Shown: positions 36,040 through 36,827 of the stretch, one piece after another
Layout: every line of letters begins with the position of its first letter
Position numbering within the stretch: the stretch's first letter is position 1
NCBI GenBank assembly: GCA_049657765.1
Contig: JBASOA010000039.1
Coordinates: forward strand, 1 to 36,827
DNA: 36,827 bases
From: Clostridiaceae bacterium
GTDB lineage: Bacteria; Bacillota; Clostridia; Clostridiales; Clostridiaceae
Direction: 5' to 3'
Made by a program: the position numbers and the translations under genes
Notes under the pieces: generated by a model
Told to the model about the DNA's origin: nothing
The model's database searches: none
Seen by the model: the letters and a program-made list of their open reading frames with translations, nothing else

Positions 36040-36375
36040 GGGACGACGAGATTCTACAAAAATAAAAACCAAGGCTAAAGGCATGAATGTCACCATCATG
36101 ATGAACTTCAATCCTGTTCTTTTTAAAAAGGACAGTCCTATGGTCAGTACGCTTCAGGCTTGCTATGAGAAAGTTACGAAAAGTGATGGTACGCCTGTAA
36201 CCACTACGGGAGGTACTTATGCCAAACTAATGCCAAATATTGTCCAATTGGGCCAAGTTTTCCTGGACAAAATGAAATTGGACATAATCCAAATGAATGG
36301 ATGAAGGTTGAAGACTTAGTGACCAATGCAAAAATTTATGCCTTGGCGCTCTATAGGTTAAGTCAGCTCAAGTAG
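36040..36375 (+). pseudogene. 3' remnant, about the last 100 codons, of a PepV-type M20 dipeptidase gene, interrupted by a -1 frameshift near 36265
   Basis: Frame A (ORF 36083-36304) gives ...DSPMVSTLQACYEKVTKSDGTPVTTTGGTYAKLM...QVF. After a 1-nt frame change the reading continues as PGQNEIGHNPNEWMKVEDLVTNAKIYALALYRL. Together these are colinear with the PepV C-terminus (GGGTYGRLL...FPGDENTMHQANEYM...AAIYAEAIYEL). The roughly 370 N-terminal codons are absent. Confidence 0.65.
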
Positions 36376-36381
36376 GATTAG

Positions 36382-36407
36382 TCGACGATGTCAATTGACA
36401 TCGTCGA
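36382..36407. promoter_or_regulatory. 26-bp perfect palindrome TCGACGATGTCAATTGACATCGTCGA. It overlaps the -35 (TTGACA, 36395-36400) of a candidate cutC promoter, and could also be the former pepV terminator hairpin.
   Basis: Perfect self-complementarity read directly; 17-nt spacer to TTATGA at 36418-36423. Confidence 0.5.
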
Positions 36408-36469
36408 TTCTCATCAGTTATGATTTAACGTAATTATCGGATGAAACAAATGCTCAAGGAGGAATAACA

Positions 36470-36827
36470 TTGGATAAAATCATAGAAATCTGTTGCGGAA
36501 GCTATTATGATGCAAAGGAGGCAGCAATTGGTGGAGCAAAGAGAATAGAACTTAACAGCGCCCTTAACCTTGGTGGTCTTACCCCAGGACTTTCGACACT
36601 TGAACTTGTGAAAGACAATCTTGAGCTTAAGGTGATTGCCATGGTAAGACCCAGAGGAGCTGGATTTTGTTATTTGGATGAAGACTTTCAGGTCATGCTT
36701 AAGGAATGTGAGGCGTTGATGAAAAGCGGAGCCGATGGTATCGCCTTTGGCTGCTTAAATGAAGACTATACGCTGGATCTTGCGAAAAACAAGGCCATGA
36801 GAGAAATCATCAAAAGGTATCATGGCG
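36470..36827 (+). CDS. cutC: Copper homeostasis protein CutC (TTG start, 3'-truncated by the window edge)
   Basis: LDKIIEICCGSYYDAKEAAIGGAKRIELNSALNLGGLTPG...MVRPRGAGFCY is colinear with the CutC family; RBS AAGGAGG 7 nt upstream. Confidence 0.75.
   Translation, partial: MDKIIEICCGSYYDAKEAAIGGAKRIELNSALNLGGLTPGLSTLELVKDNLELKVIAMVRPRGAGFCYLDEDFQVMLKECEALMKSGADGIAFGCLNEDYTLDLAKNKAMREIIKRYHG

Noticed and set aside
1-36827. CRISPR arrays, rRNA or tRNA genes
   Set aside because: No regularly spaced direct repeats, no tRNA-like cloverleaf candidates, and no rRNA-like conserved stretches were seen on reading both strands.

Overview
This 36.8-kb window is low-GC (about 36% by eye) and looks like a Bacillota (Firmicutes) chromosome segment. 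Housekeeping genes are mixed with several accessory or rearranged patches. Reading left to right, the window opens inside the 3' end of an IS200/IS605-family tnpB and its structured right-end (omega-RNA) region, which abuts a Cof-type HAD phosphatase. Next is a standalone ATP-cone protein preceded by tandem NrdR boxes, followed by the birA-bioY operon on the minus strand, divergent from a YruB-type glutaredoxin-like gene. A polar amino-acid ABC transporter (permease, ATPase, and a separately promoted lipoprotein substrate-binding protein) follows. The middle of the window carries a TPR membrane protein, a PpaX-like HAD, a small hypothetical protein, a lipoprotein and a YngK-like GHL10 lipoprotein. 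Then come a DD-carboxypeptidase, a translationally coupled Nudix/Fe-ADH pair, pckA, a bPH membrane protein, uppP, a cytoplasmic class-A beta-lactamase-like protein, a kinase-less two-PASTA membrane protein, a GNAT acetyltransferase, a ridA-tryptophanase/TPL pair and a MocA oxidoreductase. The right third holds a TetR-linked MacB-type ABC system whose 1170-aa fused double-FtsX permease has a long coiled-coil ectodomain insertion. Downstream is a small HEAT/AlkD-like protein and a 683-aa flotillin. An AbrB-family regulator plus BcrAB-like ABC operon sits immediately beside a frameshifted 3' remnant of the dipeptidase pepV, and a 26-bp perfect palindrome overlaps the cutC promoter at the window end. 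No CRISPR array, rRNA or tRNA was seen. The most interesting signals are the NrdR-box/ATP-cone module, the giant coiled-coil FtsX permease, the AbrB-ABC insertion next to the pepV remnant, the MITE-like 13-bp inverted-repeat element, the beta-lactamase-like/PASTA pair and the palindromic operator candidates. All identifications rest on motif-level reading of the translations and DNA, and no database search was run.
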